A stretch of DNA of 64,000 nt, taken from the NCBI GenBank assembly GCA_965215505.1, contig OZ244065.1, positions 6,113,772 through 6,177,771 on the forward strand, given 5' to 3'. Below the pieces are notes generated by a model. That model saw only the letters and a program-made list of their open reading frames with translations, was not told the DNA's origin and did no database searches. The translations under genes and the position numbers were made by a program. Within the stretch, counting starts at the first letter, position 1; each line of letters opens with the position of its first letter. Below are positions 40,386 to 49,184 of the stretch, in pieces. The stretch comes from Capsulimonadaceae bacterium (lineage in GTDB: Bacteria > Armatimonadota > Armatimonadia > Armatimonadales > Capsulimonadaceae).

Positions 40386-42827
40386 ATGGTTTCTTGCCGC
40401 CTTCGCCGAACGATCTGCCGGCCCGCCCTCGGAGCGGGGCTGCTGGGGATGCTGCTCCTCACCCCCGGCTGTCACAATGCCGCCGACGACCGCGGCCTGC
40501 CCCCGGCGGTCGGCTTCAGGCCGACGCCGGACACGCCGGGCGCGCTCCCGCCCGCCCCGGCCCTCTTCACCGCCGTTCTGGCACCGGGGGCACCGCCCGA
40601 GCAGCAGGTGTCCCGCGCCGCCCTCCCGCCCCGCCCGCCCGACTCCGGACCGCTGGCCCACCAGGCCGCCGCGACCCCGCCCCCGCCGGCGGGCACGACG
40701 CCGAACGCCGGCCTGATCGTGTGTGACCCCGTCCCCGCCGGCGCGGCCCTGACGACGTTCGGCACGGCCTGCGGGCGCTGGCTGGACCTGATCGCGGCGG
40801 GCCAACCGGAACTGGGCCGGACCCCCTTCTGGGAGGCGCGGGGCCGCATCAAGCGGGAGATGGGCCGCACCGACTTCTGCCTTACCCCCGCCCAGGTCGC
40901 ACCCCTGGCCGGGATGACCGGGGCCACCCATGCCGCCTGCGGCACACTCACCGGCACTCCCGCCCGCTGCACTCTGACGTATGGGCTGTACGCGCTGCCG
41001 GGCGGCAAGCCGGTCGGGCCGATGATCGTCCAGGCCGGCACGGAGCAGCAGGTCGTCGCCGCCCTCCCCGGCATGGCGAAGGCTCTCGACGCCCGCCTCG
41101 GCGTCCGCGTGCCGCGCGTGCCCCCCTCGGTCGCGCTCTCGCCCGAGGAACTGATCCAGGTCGAGGCGATCGGCGGCAAGAGTACCCCCAGCGATGCCGA
41201 CCTTCTAGCCCTATCACGCTTGAGCGCGCGCTCGCCCCTGGCGGGCATGTACTACGTCGGCACACGGGCGGCCGGCGACCAGGTCCTGCTGAACGGCATG
41301 GTCAAGACGCTCCTCGCCCAGCTCCCGGAGAACACCCTCGCCCTCGCTCACCTCGGGAGCGTAAAGCCGGAAGCTTTGCGCCCCTTCGCGGCCTCCACCC
41401 AAACGCTCTTCGGGCGCTGCCCGGCCAGTGCCCTGCTCGCGCACACCGACGTCTGGCAGCAGCGGGTCTGGGGGAACCGCGCCGGGGAGTGGCAGGCGAC
41501 GCAGCGGGTCTGCCGGGACGCGCCCGGCGACCCCTACTCCTGGCTCACCCGTGCCGCGACCCTTGCGAACATCGCAAACGACCTGCGCCAGGGCCGCCTG
41601 GCGACCGACCTCTCGCCGGCGGACTGGGCGGCCCTCGGGCGGCTCTACGGGCAGCAGGAGGCGGCTGCGCTCCAGGCCACGGCGCTGGACCCGCGTGACG
41701 GCCACGCCTGGAAGGCGCTGGCGGAGTCCGCGACCTTTTCCGGCGACTCGGTCCGGGCGGACGCTGCGTTCGGCAAAGCCCTCGCCATGGACGCGGATAA
41801 GGGGGAGGTCTGTTCGTGGGGCCTCCAGATGTACCAGCCCAAATGGAGCGGTAGCGCGGGGGCGGCGACGCTCAGGAAGATCGCCGCGCTGGCCGCCGCC
41901 GAGCCGTGGGGCGACTCCGGCGCGGCCACATACGCCGCCGAGTCGCTGGCCTCCGCTGGCTTCAAGGCGGAGGCGGCGCAGGTGCTGGCCTCCTTCATTG
42001 CCCGGCAGCGCGCCGTCACGGCCCAGGCACCCGCCGACGCCGTGGCGCACTGGAACCTTGCCGCCGCCCTCGCCGCCCAGAACACCCCGCCGAGCCTGCG
42101 CGAAGCATCCCTGGAGTACCGCATCGCCGAACACCTGATGCCGAACGCCCCCGCGATCCATAGCGGGCTGGCGGACGTACTCGACCTGCGGCACCGCACG
42201 GAGGAAGCCGTCGCGGAGTACCGGAAGGCCCTGGCGCTCGACCCGTTCGACACGGCCGTACACGTCTCCCTCGGCTTCCTCCTGAAGCGCGAACACCGCT
42301 TCGCGGAGGCGCTCCCCGAGCTGCGCCTGGCGCTGAAGCTGGACCCCCGTAACGCCGACGCCCACTACGCGCTCGGCGAGATGCTGAACATGCAGCGCCA
42401 GTACAAGCCGGCGGCGGCGGAGTACAGCGAGGCGATCCGCATGTCGTATTACTGCCTGGGCGCGTGGATCAGCCTGCCGGGCGTCTTGGACGAGTGCGGT
42501 CAGTATAAAGGGGCCATCACGGCGGGGCGGGAGGCAGACCACATTCTGACGGAACAGGGGGACGCGAACGGCGAGACGGAGCCGAGCGTACACGACGCGG
42601 TGGCGGATGCCTACCTGCACAAAAAGGACTGGGAAAGCAGCATCGCCCAGAGCAACGTGACGCTCGGCTACAATGAGCGGGATGCCTGCGCCCATGAGAA
42701 CCTGGCCGAAGCCTACATCGGCCAGGGCCGGAAGGGGGAGGCGCGTGCCGAGTGGGGGAAGGCAATCGCGCTCAACGATCCGGCCATCACGCCAGTCGCC
42801 CGGAAGCTCCTCGCCGCCCACCCATGA
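40386..42827 (+). CDS. TPR-repeat (lipo)protein
   Basis: Signal with a Cys (TPGC); multiple TPRs (EEAVAEYRKALALDP; ALKLDPRNADAHYALG). Confidence 0.85.
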   Translation: MVSCRLRRTICRPALGAGLLGMLLLTPGCHNAADDRGLPPAVGFRPTPDTPGALPPAPALFTAVLAPGAPPEQQVSRAALPPRPPDSGPLAHQAAATPPPPAGTTPNAGLIVCDPVPAGAALTTFGTACGRWLDLIAAGQPELGRTPFWEARGRIKREMGRTDFCLTPAQVAPLAGMTGATHAACGTLTGTPARCTLTYGLYALPGGKPVGPMIVQAGTEQQVVAALPGMAKALDARLGVRVPRVPPSVALSPEELIQVEAIGGKSTPSDADLLALSRLSARSPLAGMYYVGTRAAGDQVLLNGMVKTLLAQLPENTLALAHLGSVKPEALRPFAASTQTLFGRCPASALLAHTDVWQQRVWGNRAGEWQATQRVCRDAPGDPYSWLTRAATLANIANDLRQGRLATDLSPADWAALGRLYGQQEAAALQATALDPRDGHAWKALAESATFSGDSVRADAAFGKALAMDADKGEVCSWGLQMYQPKWSGSAGAATLRKIAALAAAEPWGDSGAATYAAESLASAGFKAEAAQVLASFIARQRAVTAQAPADAVAHWNLAAALAAQNTPPSLREASLEYRIAEHLMPNAPAIHSGLADVLDLRHRTEEAVAEYRKALALDPFDTAVHVSLGFLLKREHRFAEALPELRLALKLDPRNADAHYALGEMLNMQRQYKPAAAEYSEAIRMSYYCLGAWISLPGVLDECGQYKGAITAGREADHILTEQGDANGETEPSVHDAVADAYLHKKDWESSIAQSNVTLGYNERDACAHENLAEAYIGQGRKGEARAEWGKAIALNDPAITPVARKLLAAHP

Positions 42828-42856
42828 GGCCGCGCAGACATTCCTCCGCCGCGTCC

Positions 42857-44275
42857 CTATTCCGTGTCCCGTTCCCCCCGCCGCGCCTGCGGCTCCCCGT
42901 CATCCTTGGGGGACACGACATATACCGTTTTCATGTTGACGAACTCCCGTAGGCCGTGTTCGGACAGCTCACGCCCGTACCCGGAATGCTTGATGCCGCC
43001 GAAGGGCAGGCGCGGGTCTGACGCGACCATGCCGTTCACGAACGTCATGCCCGCCTCGATCTCTTCGATGAACCGCTCCTGCTCGGCGGCGTCGCTCGTC
43101 CACGCGCTGCTGCCCAGGCCGAACGGGGTGTCGTTGGCCTGCCGGACGGCGTCGGCGATGTCCTTGACCCGGAACAGCAGGGCGACGGGGCCGAACAGTT
43201 CCTCATGGTAAGCTGGGGCGGCTTCGGGGATGTCGGCGAGGACCGTGGGCGCGTAGAAGTTGCCCGGACCGTCCAAACGGTGGCCGCCGAGCAGGACGCG
43301 CCCGCCCGCCGCGACGCTCCGCTCCACCTGCGAGGCCAGCCCTTCCAGGATACTCGGTGTCGCCAGCGGGCCGATGTCCGTGGCCGCGTCCATCGGGTCG
43401 CCGACTTTGAGTGACGCCATGGCGTCCACGAAGCGGCGCGTCCAGTCGTCCGCGATGGACTCATGCACCAGGAACCGCTTGGCGGCGATGCAGGACTGGC
43501 CGTTGTTGAGCGTCCTGGACTTCACCGCCGCCGACACGGCGGCGTCAAGGTCTGCCGAGGGCATGACGATGAACGGGTCGCTGCCGCCCAGTTCCATCAC
43601 CGTCTTTTTGAGCCGACGGCCCGCCTGACCGGCCACGGCGCTCCCGGCCCGCTCGCTGCCGGTGAGCGTCGCCGCCGCGACGCGCGGGTCGTCCAGGACG
43701 GCCGGCACCTGCTCGGTTTCAATTAGCAATGTCTGGAAGACGCCCTCGGCAAACCCCGCGCGCCGGAACAGGTCTTCCAGGAAGAGGGCGCACTGCGGGA
43801 CGCTGGGCGCGTGTTTCAGCAGGCCGACGTTGCCGGCCATGAGCGCGGGGGCGGCGAACCGGATCACCTGCCAGAGCGGGAAGTTCCAGGGCATGACGGC
43901 CAGGATTGGGCCGAGCGGGAGACAGCGCACGAAGGCCCGCGCGCCGTCTACCTGGTAGGGCTGGTCGGCCAGCATCCTTTCGGCGTTCTCGGCATAGTAG
44001 CGGCAGGCGCGGGCGCACTTCTCGGCCTCCTCGGCCGACGACCGCAATGTCTTGCCGACTTCCAGCGTCATCGTCCGGGCGATGGCGTGTTTCTCGGCGT
44101 CCAATATCTCGCTCACCCGCGTCATCTTGGCCGCGCGGTCGGCGAAAGTCGTTCGCCGGTGCGCCCGGAAGGCGTCGGCGGCGAGTTGGAGCTTGTCCTG
44201 AACTTCGGCGTCGGTGAGCGGGGCAAACGTCTGAAGCGTCTCCCCCGTGGCGGGGTTGATGGAGGCGATGGGCAT
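42857..44275 (-). CDS. NAD(P)-dependent succinate-semialdehyde dehydrogenase-like ALDH
   Basis: MPWNFP, LTGSERAG, MELGGSDP, GQSCIAAKR, EELFGP, PFGGIKHSGYGREL. Confidence 0.92.
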   Translation of the reverse strand: MPIASINPATGETLQTFAPLTDAEVQDKLQLAADAFRAHRRTTFADRAAKMTRVSEILDAEKHAIARTMTLEVGKTLRSSAEEAEKCARACRYYAENAERMLADQPYQVDGARAFVRCLPLGPILAVMPWNFPLWQVIRFAAPALMAGNVGLLKHAPSVPQCALFLEDLFRRAGFAEGVFQTLLIETEQVPAVLDDPRVAAATLTGSERAGSAVAGQAGRRLKKTVMELGGSDPFIVMPSADLDAAVSAAVKSRTLNNGQSCIAAKRFLVHESIADDWTRRFVDAMASLKVGDPMDAATDIGPLATPSILEGLASQVERSVAAGGRVLLGGHRLDGPGNFYAPTVLADIPEAAPAYHEELFGPVALLFRVKDIADAVRQANDTPFGLGSSAWTSDAAEQERFIEEIEAGMTFVNGMVASDPRLPFGGIKHSGYGRELSEHGLREFVNMKTVYVVSPKDDGEPQARRGERDTE

Positions 44276-44343
44276 AGCGGGTTCCTCTTGCGGTTTGGGG
44301 TGAGTCTACCCAGCCGGGCACATCGCGGAACGCTGCGGGGCGG

Positions 44344-44395
44344 GTAGGGGCGAACCTTGTGTTCGCCCTTTTTGTCCGTGTTCGCCCTTCTTCTC
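44344..44395 (+). repeat. GTAG REP with a duplicated 3' arm
   Basis: gtaggggcgaaccttgtgttcgccct, then a second gtgttcgccct at 44378. Confidence 0.8.
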
Positions 44396-44451
44396 CCGCT
44401 GCCGCCTCCTCCCGCCTCTTCCCCGTTCTTATACCGGCTTTTCTCCTGCCC

Positions 44452-44508
44452 TTGACAGACCTCCCTCCGCTGTGCCATACTGCAACCAAAGCACTTTGCA
44501 TTGTAAAG
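44452..44508 (+). promoter_or_regulatory. Sigma70-like promoter with an operator palindrome
   Basis: TTGACA (44452), TGnCATACT, and CTTTGCA-T-TGTAAAG (44494-44508) immediately before the ATG. Confidence 0.65.
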
Positions 44509-44509
44509 C

Positions 44510-45148
44510 ATGAACGAGGAGAAACCGATGCCCGTCCTGACCGCCCCGCTGGAGGAGGCCCGCGAGAACCTGCGGGTCATCCGGCAGACCATGGAGCGCT
44601 CGACCAAGTACTCGACGCTGTCCGGCCTGTCCGGCGTCCTGATCGGCGTGGCGGCCATCGTCGGCGTGGCCGTCTCGCGGGCCATGCTGGTGCGCGCCCA
44701 GGCCGCACACCCGCTGGACCGGGGCGATTATCTGACGCTCGGCCCGGTCTGGCTCCTTGTGCTGGCGCTGGCCGTCGGCATCGAGTTCGCCTGCAACAAG
44801 CGGCGGGCGGTCCACATCGGCAAGCGGGTCGGGTCCCCCCTGGGGGCGCACATCCTCGTCGCGGCCCTGCCCGCCTTCTTCGCCGCCGCCCTGCTGACCC
44901 TCTTCCTCTACCTCCACGGCCTGCCCTCCTACGTCTGGGCGGCCTGGATGCTCTGCTACGGGCTGGCGATCTGCGCCGTCGGCCTGTTCTCCATCCGGCC
45001 CGTCTCCTACCTCGGCGCGGCCTTCGTGCTGGCGGGCGCGGTCACCCTCCTGCTGCCCGTGGCCGCGCACCTGCCCATGATGGCGCTGTCCTTCGGCGGC
45101 TTCCACATCCTGTACGGCGTCCTGATGGCGCGGAAACACGGGTGGTAG
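44510..45148 (+). CDS. Membrane protein
   Basis: ARENLRVIRQTMERST..LSG.SG; about six TM helices; FGGFHILYG. Confidence 0.8.
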   Translation: MNEEKPMPVLTAPLEEARENLRVIRQTMERSTKYSTLSGLSGVLIGVAAIVGVAVSRAMLVRAQAAHPLDRGDYLTLGPVWLLVLALAVGIEFACNKRRAVHIGKRVGSPLGAHILVAALPAFFAAALLTLFLYLHGLPSYVWAAWMLCYGLAICAVGLFSIRPVSYLGAAFVLAGAVTLLLPVAAHLPMMALSFGGFHILYGVLMARKHGW

Positions 45149-45152
45149 ACCC

Positions 45153-45536
45153 ATGGCAGTGATCCAAGCCGGGGCAGTCGTTCAAGCCGGGTACGCCGCC
45201 GTCGTCGAGTCGCTGGAGGCGATTGACGAGGTGATCCACCAGAAGGTGCGCCTGGGCATCATGTCCGCCCTGATGGCGCGCGGCGAGACGGACTTCCGGT
45301 TCCTGAAGGAAACCCTGAGCGTCACCGACGGCAACCTGTCCATCCACCTGAGCAAGCTGGAGGACGCGGGCTACGTCGTCAGCGCCAAGGAGTTCGTCCG
45401 CAAAAAGCCCCACACCACCTACGCGCCCACCGAGGCGGGCCGGGCGGCCTTCCACGGCTACCTCGCCGCCCTGGAACGCATCGTGCAGTCGGCGGGCCAG
45501 GGGCGTTCGGGCGAATCAGAGACGGGGGAAGGCTGA
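45153..45536 (+). CDS. Winged-helix transcriptional regulator (HTH_34 type)
   Basis: IH..VRLGIMSAL...DF..LK..L..TDGNLS.HL.KLE.AGY. Confidence 0.9.
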   Translation: MAVIQAGAVVQAGYAAVVESLEAIDEVIHQKVRLGIMSALMARGETDFRFLKETLSVTDGNLSIHLSKLEDAGYVVSAKEFVRKKPHTTYAPTEAGRAAFHGYLAALERIVQSAGQGRSGESETGEG

Positions 45537-45540
45537 CCCC

Positions 45541-46317
45541 ATGCGCCCCGCCTCCAATGTCGCCTGGAACCTACTGCTGGCCGTCATCCCGGTCGCGCTG
45601 GCCTTCGCCATCGCGCGCGGGGCGCGGCGGGACATGCGCGAGACGGGCCGCATCCGCTGGGGCCTGTGGTTGCCGCTCGGCGTCGTCTGGCTGGCCTTCC
45701 TGCCGAACTCCTGCTACCTGCTGACCGAGTGGCGGCACTTCTTCGAGACACTGACGCAGAGTACGCTCTTCACGCAGGCCCGGCAGAGCCGCGGGGGGCG
45801 GACCGACTTCTTCCTCGTCACCGCCTTCTACCTTATCTACAGCGGCGCGGGCCTGCTCGCCTTCTTCCTCGCCGTCTGGCCGCTCGACCGCCTGACCCGC
45901 CGCCGCCTGGGCTGGGCGGGAGCCGCCCTGCGCCCGCTGATCTTCCCGCTCTGCGCCCTGGGCGTCTATTTGGGCCTGACGGCCGGCCGCTTCAATTCGT
46001 GGGACCTGGTCCACCCGGACCGCCTGGAAGGGGTGCTGGCGACCACCGCCGCCACCCTCGCCCATCCGGCCCTGCTGGGCTTCCTCCTGGCCTTCGGGGC
46101 CTTCCTGTGGCTGCTCTACGCCGCCTTCGACGTCTGGATGGATGGCCTCGCCTGGCGCATGGCCCGCCGCCACGCCCGCGCGAAACACGGCGCGCACGAC
46201 GCCCAAGACGCACACGACGAACAGAATACGCTCGACGCACAGAACACACATGACGCGCACGCACAGCCTCCGGGCCAGGGCGGGCGCGGGAAGGATACTC
46301 CCCATGCTCCTGCATGA
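45541..46317 (+). CDS. DUF1361 membrane protein
   Basis: WNLLLA.IP, WLAFLPNS.YL.T, GVYLG...RFNSWD. Confidence 0.85.
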   Translation: MRPASNVAWNLLLAVIPVALAFAIARGARRDMRETGRIRWGLWLPLGVVWLAFLPNSCYLLTEWRHFFETLTQSTLFTQARQSRGGRTDFFLVTAFYLIYSGAGLLAFFLAVWPLDRLTRRRLGWAGAALRPLIFPLCALGVYLGLTAGRFNSWDLVHPDRLEGVLATTAATLAHPALLGFLLAFGAFLWLLYAAFDVWMDGLAWRMARRHARAKHGAHDAQDAHDEQNTLDAQNTHDAHAQPPGQGGRGKDTPHAPA

Positions 46318-46456
46318 CGCCACCCTCTACCGCAGCCTCCTCCGCCGGCTGACCCTGGCCGAGCTGCTGGCCCTCTACGAGCGCACCGTCTGCCTCTACG
46401 TCCCGCTGGCCCAGGCCGTCTGTGACGAGATGGACGCGCGGCTGAGTGCCGACTGA
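46304..46456 (+). CDS. Small hypothetical protein (50 aa)
   Basis: AAGGA RBS, overlaps the DUF1361 end, host-like codons. Confidence 0.5.
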   Translation: MLLHDATLYRSLLRRLTLAELLALYERTVCLYVPLAQAVCDEMDARLSAD

Positions 46457-46480
46457 CTCTGTTTCCAAGAGGGCGGCACG

Positions 46481-46801
46481 ATGCACATCTTCTCGCGAAT
46501 TGTCTTCGCCGTGGCGGGCTTGATGCTTGGGCTGCTCGTCGGCACCGCCGCCGCCGCACTCATAGCGGTCCTGCTGCTGCGGAACTCCGACGGCGGGCCT
46601 GGTGATGGGATCGCGATCCTCTTTCTGGCGATGCTGGGCGCGGGCTTGGGGGCCGTCGTGGGATTGGGGGCCGGGCTTATAGTGCCTGCCGTCTGCGAGC
46701 AGAGACAAATCCGGCGGAAAGAGAAGGAGGCGTTTGCCGCTCCGGATGAGCGGGTGTGGCCTCCGCCGCCGGGACAGACAGCCCCGTCGCCCCGGCTCTG
46801 A
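46481..46801 (+). CDS. Small two-TM membrane protein with C-terminal VWPPPP
   Basis: Two hydrophobic helices; ends ...PDERVWPPPPGQ. Confidence 0.7.
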   Translation: MHIFSRIVFAVAGLMLGLLVGTAAAALIAVLLLRNSDGGPGDGIAILFLAMLGAGLGAVVGLGAGLIVPAVCEQRQIRRKEKEAFAAPDERVWPPPPGQTAPSPRL

Positions 46802-46876
46802 AGCACTCTGCGGCTCGGCACTTTGGGGCTTGGGAACGAAGGGGAATTCAGAGGGTTGCAAGCCGAAGACGCTGGA

Positions 46877-47266
46877 ATGGAAGTGATGAGCGGCTGCCTC
46901 GGTCTGCTGGCGCTCTTGTTTGCGGCGGGCGGAGGGGCGCTCTGGCGCTTGCTGTGGGTGAAGCGCGCGAGGCCGGTGCATGACCATCTGCTCCGCCTTT
47001 TGGCTGGGTACGTCATCGGAGAGGACCGCAGCCCTGGGAGGGCGGCTCAGATCGAGGCCCTGCTGACAGTCGAGTTCGCGCGTGACCGGCGTTACAGAGG
47101 ACTGACGGCTGCCGTGATCGCGTTCGCCCCGCGTGAGGCGGCAGCTTTTCGGGATGAAGTTGCGCTCGTAGTCATTTTCCAGGCGTTCCTGAAGGGGCAC
47201 GGTGTCACTGTCATGGAACGCGCGCCGCATCAAAGCGGTTCGTGGCCGCCCCCGCCAAGACGCTGA
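46877..47266 (+). CDS. Small membrane protein with C-terminal SWPPPP
   Basis: N-terminal TM helix; ends HQSGSWPPPPRR. Confidence 0.6.
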   Translation: MEVMSGCLGLLALLFAAGGGALWRLLWVKRARPVHDHLLRLLAGYVIGEDRSPGRAAQIEALLTVEFARDRRYRGLTAAVIAFAPREAAAFRDEVALVVIFQAFLKGHGVTVMERAPHQSGSWPPPPRR

Positions 47267-47412
47267 ATGTTTTCCTCACGATCTCTTCACAAATGGGTAT
47301 ACTAAGAGGGTCTGCTTCCGCCGCCCGCGAAGGCGAAGGGGAGGCACCTGCGCGGCTCCCAGAGTGGCGCTCTTCTCTGTCAACCGTTCGTGCTTCGGAA
47401 AGAAGTCTACCC

Positions 47413-49026
47413 ATGAAGAACTCTTGCCGTACATTCTCCCCGGCCGTCGTGGCCGGCGCGCTCGCCCTGCTGGCTGCCATGCCGCAGGCGGCCTCCGCGC
47501 AGGTCGTAGGCAACGGCTTCGTCCGGTCCGGCGTTGTCGGCTCCGGCGTCGTCGGCAGGCCCGGCGTGTCCATGCCGGTTCCCAGCCAGTCCCCGCAGGC
47601 GTTCGCGCCGATGCGGGGCGGGACGGTCTACGGGCGGCCCGGTGGGGCGTTCGCGCCGCCCGCTGTCTACAATCAGCCTAACTTCAACCAGCCCGGCTTT
47701 AACCAGCCCGGTTTCAATCAGCCTGTCTACAACCCGCCTGCCTTCAACGGCATGAACTATGGGGCACCGGTCTACAACAATGTGCCTGCCTATAACCCTG
47801 GCTACAACAATCCGGGTTACAACAGCACGCCCTCGTACAACGGCGGGTCGTTCTACCGCAGCGAGCGCTCCTTTGGCCCGACCGTCAGCGTTCCTAATCC
47901 CTATGAGGGCAGGCCGAACGTCGGCGACAATCGCCTGCGCGGCGGCAGGTTCGGCGGGGCGGTGAACGGCGGCTACAACCAGTCCGGTTCCCAATTCGGC
48001 GCTTCTCAGACGTACTCGAACACCGAAGGCACCCGCTCCCTTCGCCCGGTCGGGCCTGCCTACGGGTACTCCAGTGGCGGGGCTTCCGGCGGGAGGAGCT
48101 TCCGGATCACGACCTCGCGCGGGTCGCAGGTGGTGCCGCCGACGGTCTACCACAACAACTACATCTACAACAATTACAGCAACAGCGGCAACTCCTTGAC
48201 AACCATCGTGGGTGCGCCGCCGCTGCTCGGCGGGTACTACTACGCCGGCTACTGCGACACCTACGCACAGGTGGGGACCTATCCGTCCGTCTACTCGGCC
48301 TATGACGGCCTCCCGCCGTACATCTACAACCCGGCGGCGAACATCATCACCGTCGGCCAGCCGACGATCGTGCAGTATGTGACGCCCTACCTGCCGTTCG
48401 ACACGCCCAACTATACGGTGACGTACAACCAGAACAACTACTACGTCGCCAACGAGGGCCGGGTCAGCCAGATCGAGGGGGGCGGTGCCCCCGCCCGCGA
48501 GGCGATCAAGAACGCCTACCCCGCCGACTCCTACCAGGCCGCCTTCGCCGACATCGCGCGGGCCTGGACGGAGGGCGATATCGCGCCGTTGCGGAAGCAC
48601 ATCCGCGACGCCGACACGCGCGTCAGCGTCTTCCTGAACAAGAAGTACTCGTACTCCATCGCCTCGGGCGACTTTACCCAGATCACGCGGGATGCCCTGG
48701 ACCGGCTCCACACGGTCTCGTTCGACCTCACGCGCCTGCGTAAGTCCAAGTCCGGCGACGTGACCGCCTACGGCACCCACGTCTACCGGACCGGCGACAG
48801 TGCGGGCGGTTCGGACACGGCCACGGTGCCGTTCGACCAGAACGGGGCCGACCCGAACGCGGCGGGCGACACGGGCCAGCAGGCGTCCCCGTATGACAAG
48901 TCTGGTGACCCCGCAGTGGGCACGGAGAAGACCGTCTATGTCTCCTACACCCTGCGCCACCGCGACGGCCAGTGGTACATCATCGAAGTGGGTTCGTCCG
49001 ATCGCGATCTGGTGCCGACCGAATAG
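47413..49026 (+). CDS. Secreted protein with an N/G/Y/P-rich low-complexity region and a C-terminal globular (NTF2-like?) domain
   Basis: Signal peptide; NQPGF-type pentapeptides; C-terminal VSYTL...GQWYIIEVGS. Confidence 0.75.
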   Translation: MKNSCRTFSPAVVAGALALLAAMPQAASAQVVGNGFVRSGVVGSGVVGRPGVSMPVPSQSPQAFAPMRGGTVYGRPGGAFAPPAVYNQPNFNQPGFNQPGFNQPVYNPPAFNGMNYGAPVYNNVPAYNPGYNNPGYNSTPSYNGGSFYRSERSFGPTVSVPNPYEGRPNVGDNRLRGGRFGGAVNGGYNQSGSQFGASQTYSNTEGTRSLRPVGPAYGYSSGGASGGRSFRITTSRGSQVVPPTVYHNNYIYNNYSNSGNSLTTIVGAPPLLGGYYYAGYCDTYAQVGTYPSVYSAYDGLPPYIYNPAANIITVGQPTIVQYVTPYLPFDTPNYTVTYNQNNYYVANEGRVSQIEGGGAPAREAIKNAYPADSYQAAFADIARAWTEGDIAPLRKHIRDADTRVSVFLNKKYSYSIASGDFTQITRDALDRLHTVSFDLTRLRKSKSGDVTAYGTHVYRTGDSAGGSDTATVPFDQNGADPNAAGDTGQQASPYDKSGDPAVGTEKTVYVSYTLRHRDGQWYIIEVGSSDRDLVPTE

Positions 49027-49037
49027 ACAGACGTGCC

Positions 49038-49088
49038 GTAGGGGCGAACATTGTGTTCGCCCTTCTTCTCCCATTCGCCCTTCTTTTC
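49038..49088 (+). repeat. GTAG REP with a duplicated 3' arm
   Basis: gtaggggcgaacattgtgttcgcccttctt, then a second ttcgcccttctt at 49074. Confidence 0.8.
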
Positions 49089-49184
49089 ATGCCTCACACG
49101 ACCCGTGCGCTCCGCCGGGAACTTTTCCCACTATCGCCCCCGTCAGAATACCTGTAAGACCCCGTTCTGAGGAGGACTCCCCGC

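Noticed and set aside
46460..47270. Integron cassette array for the small accessory genes
   Set aside because: No attC-like RYYYAAC/GTTRRRY paired sites and no intI seen.
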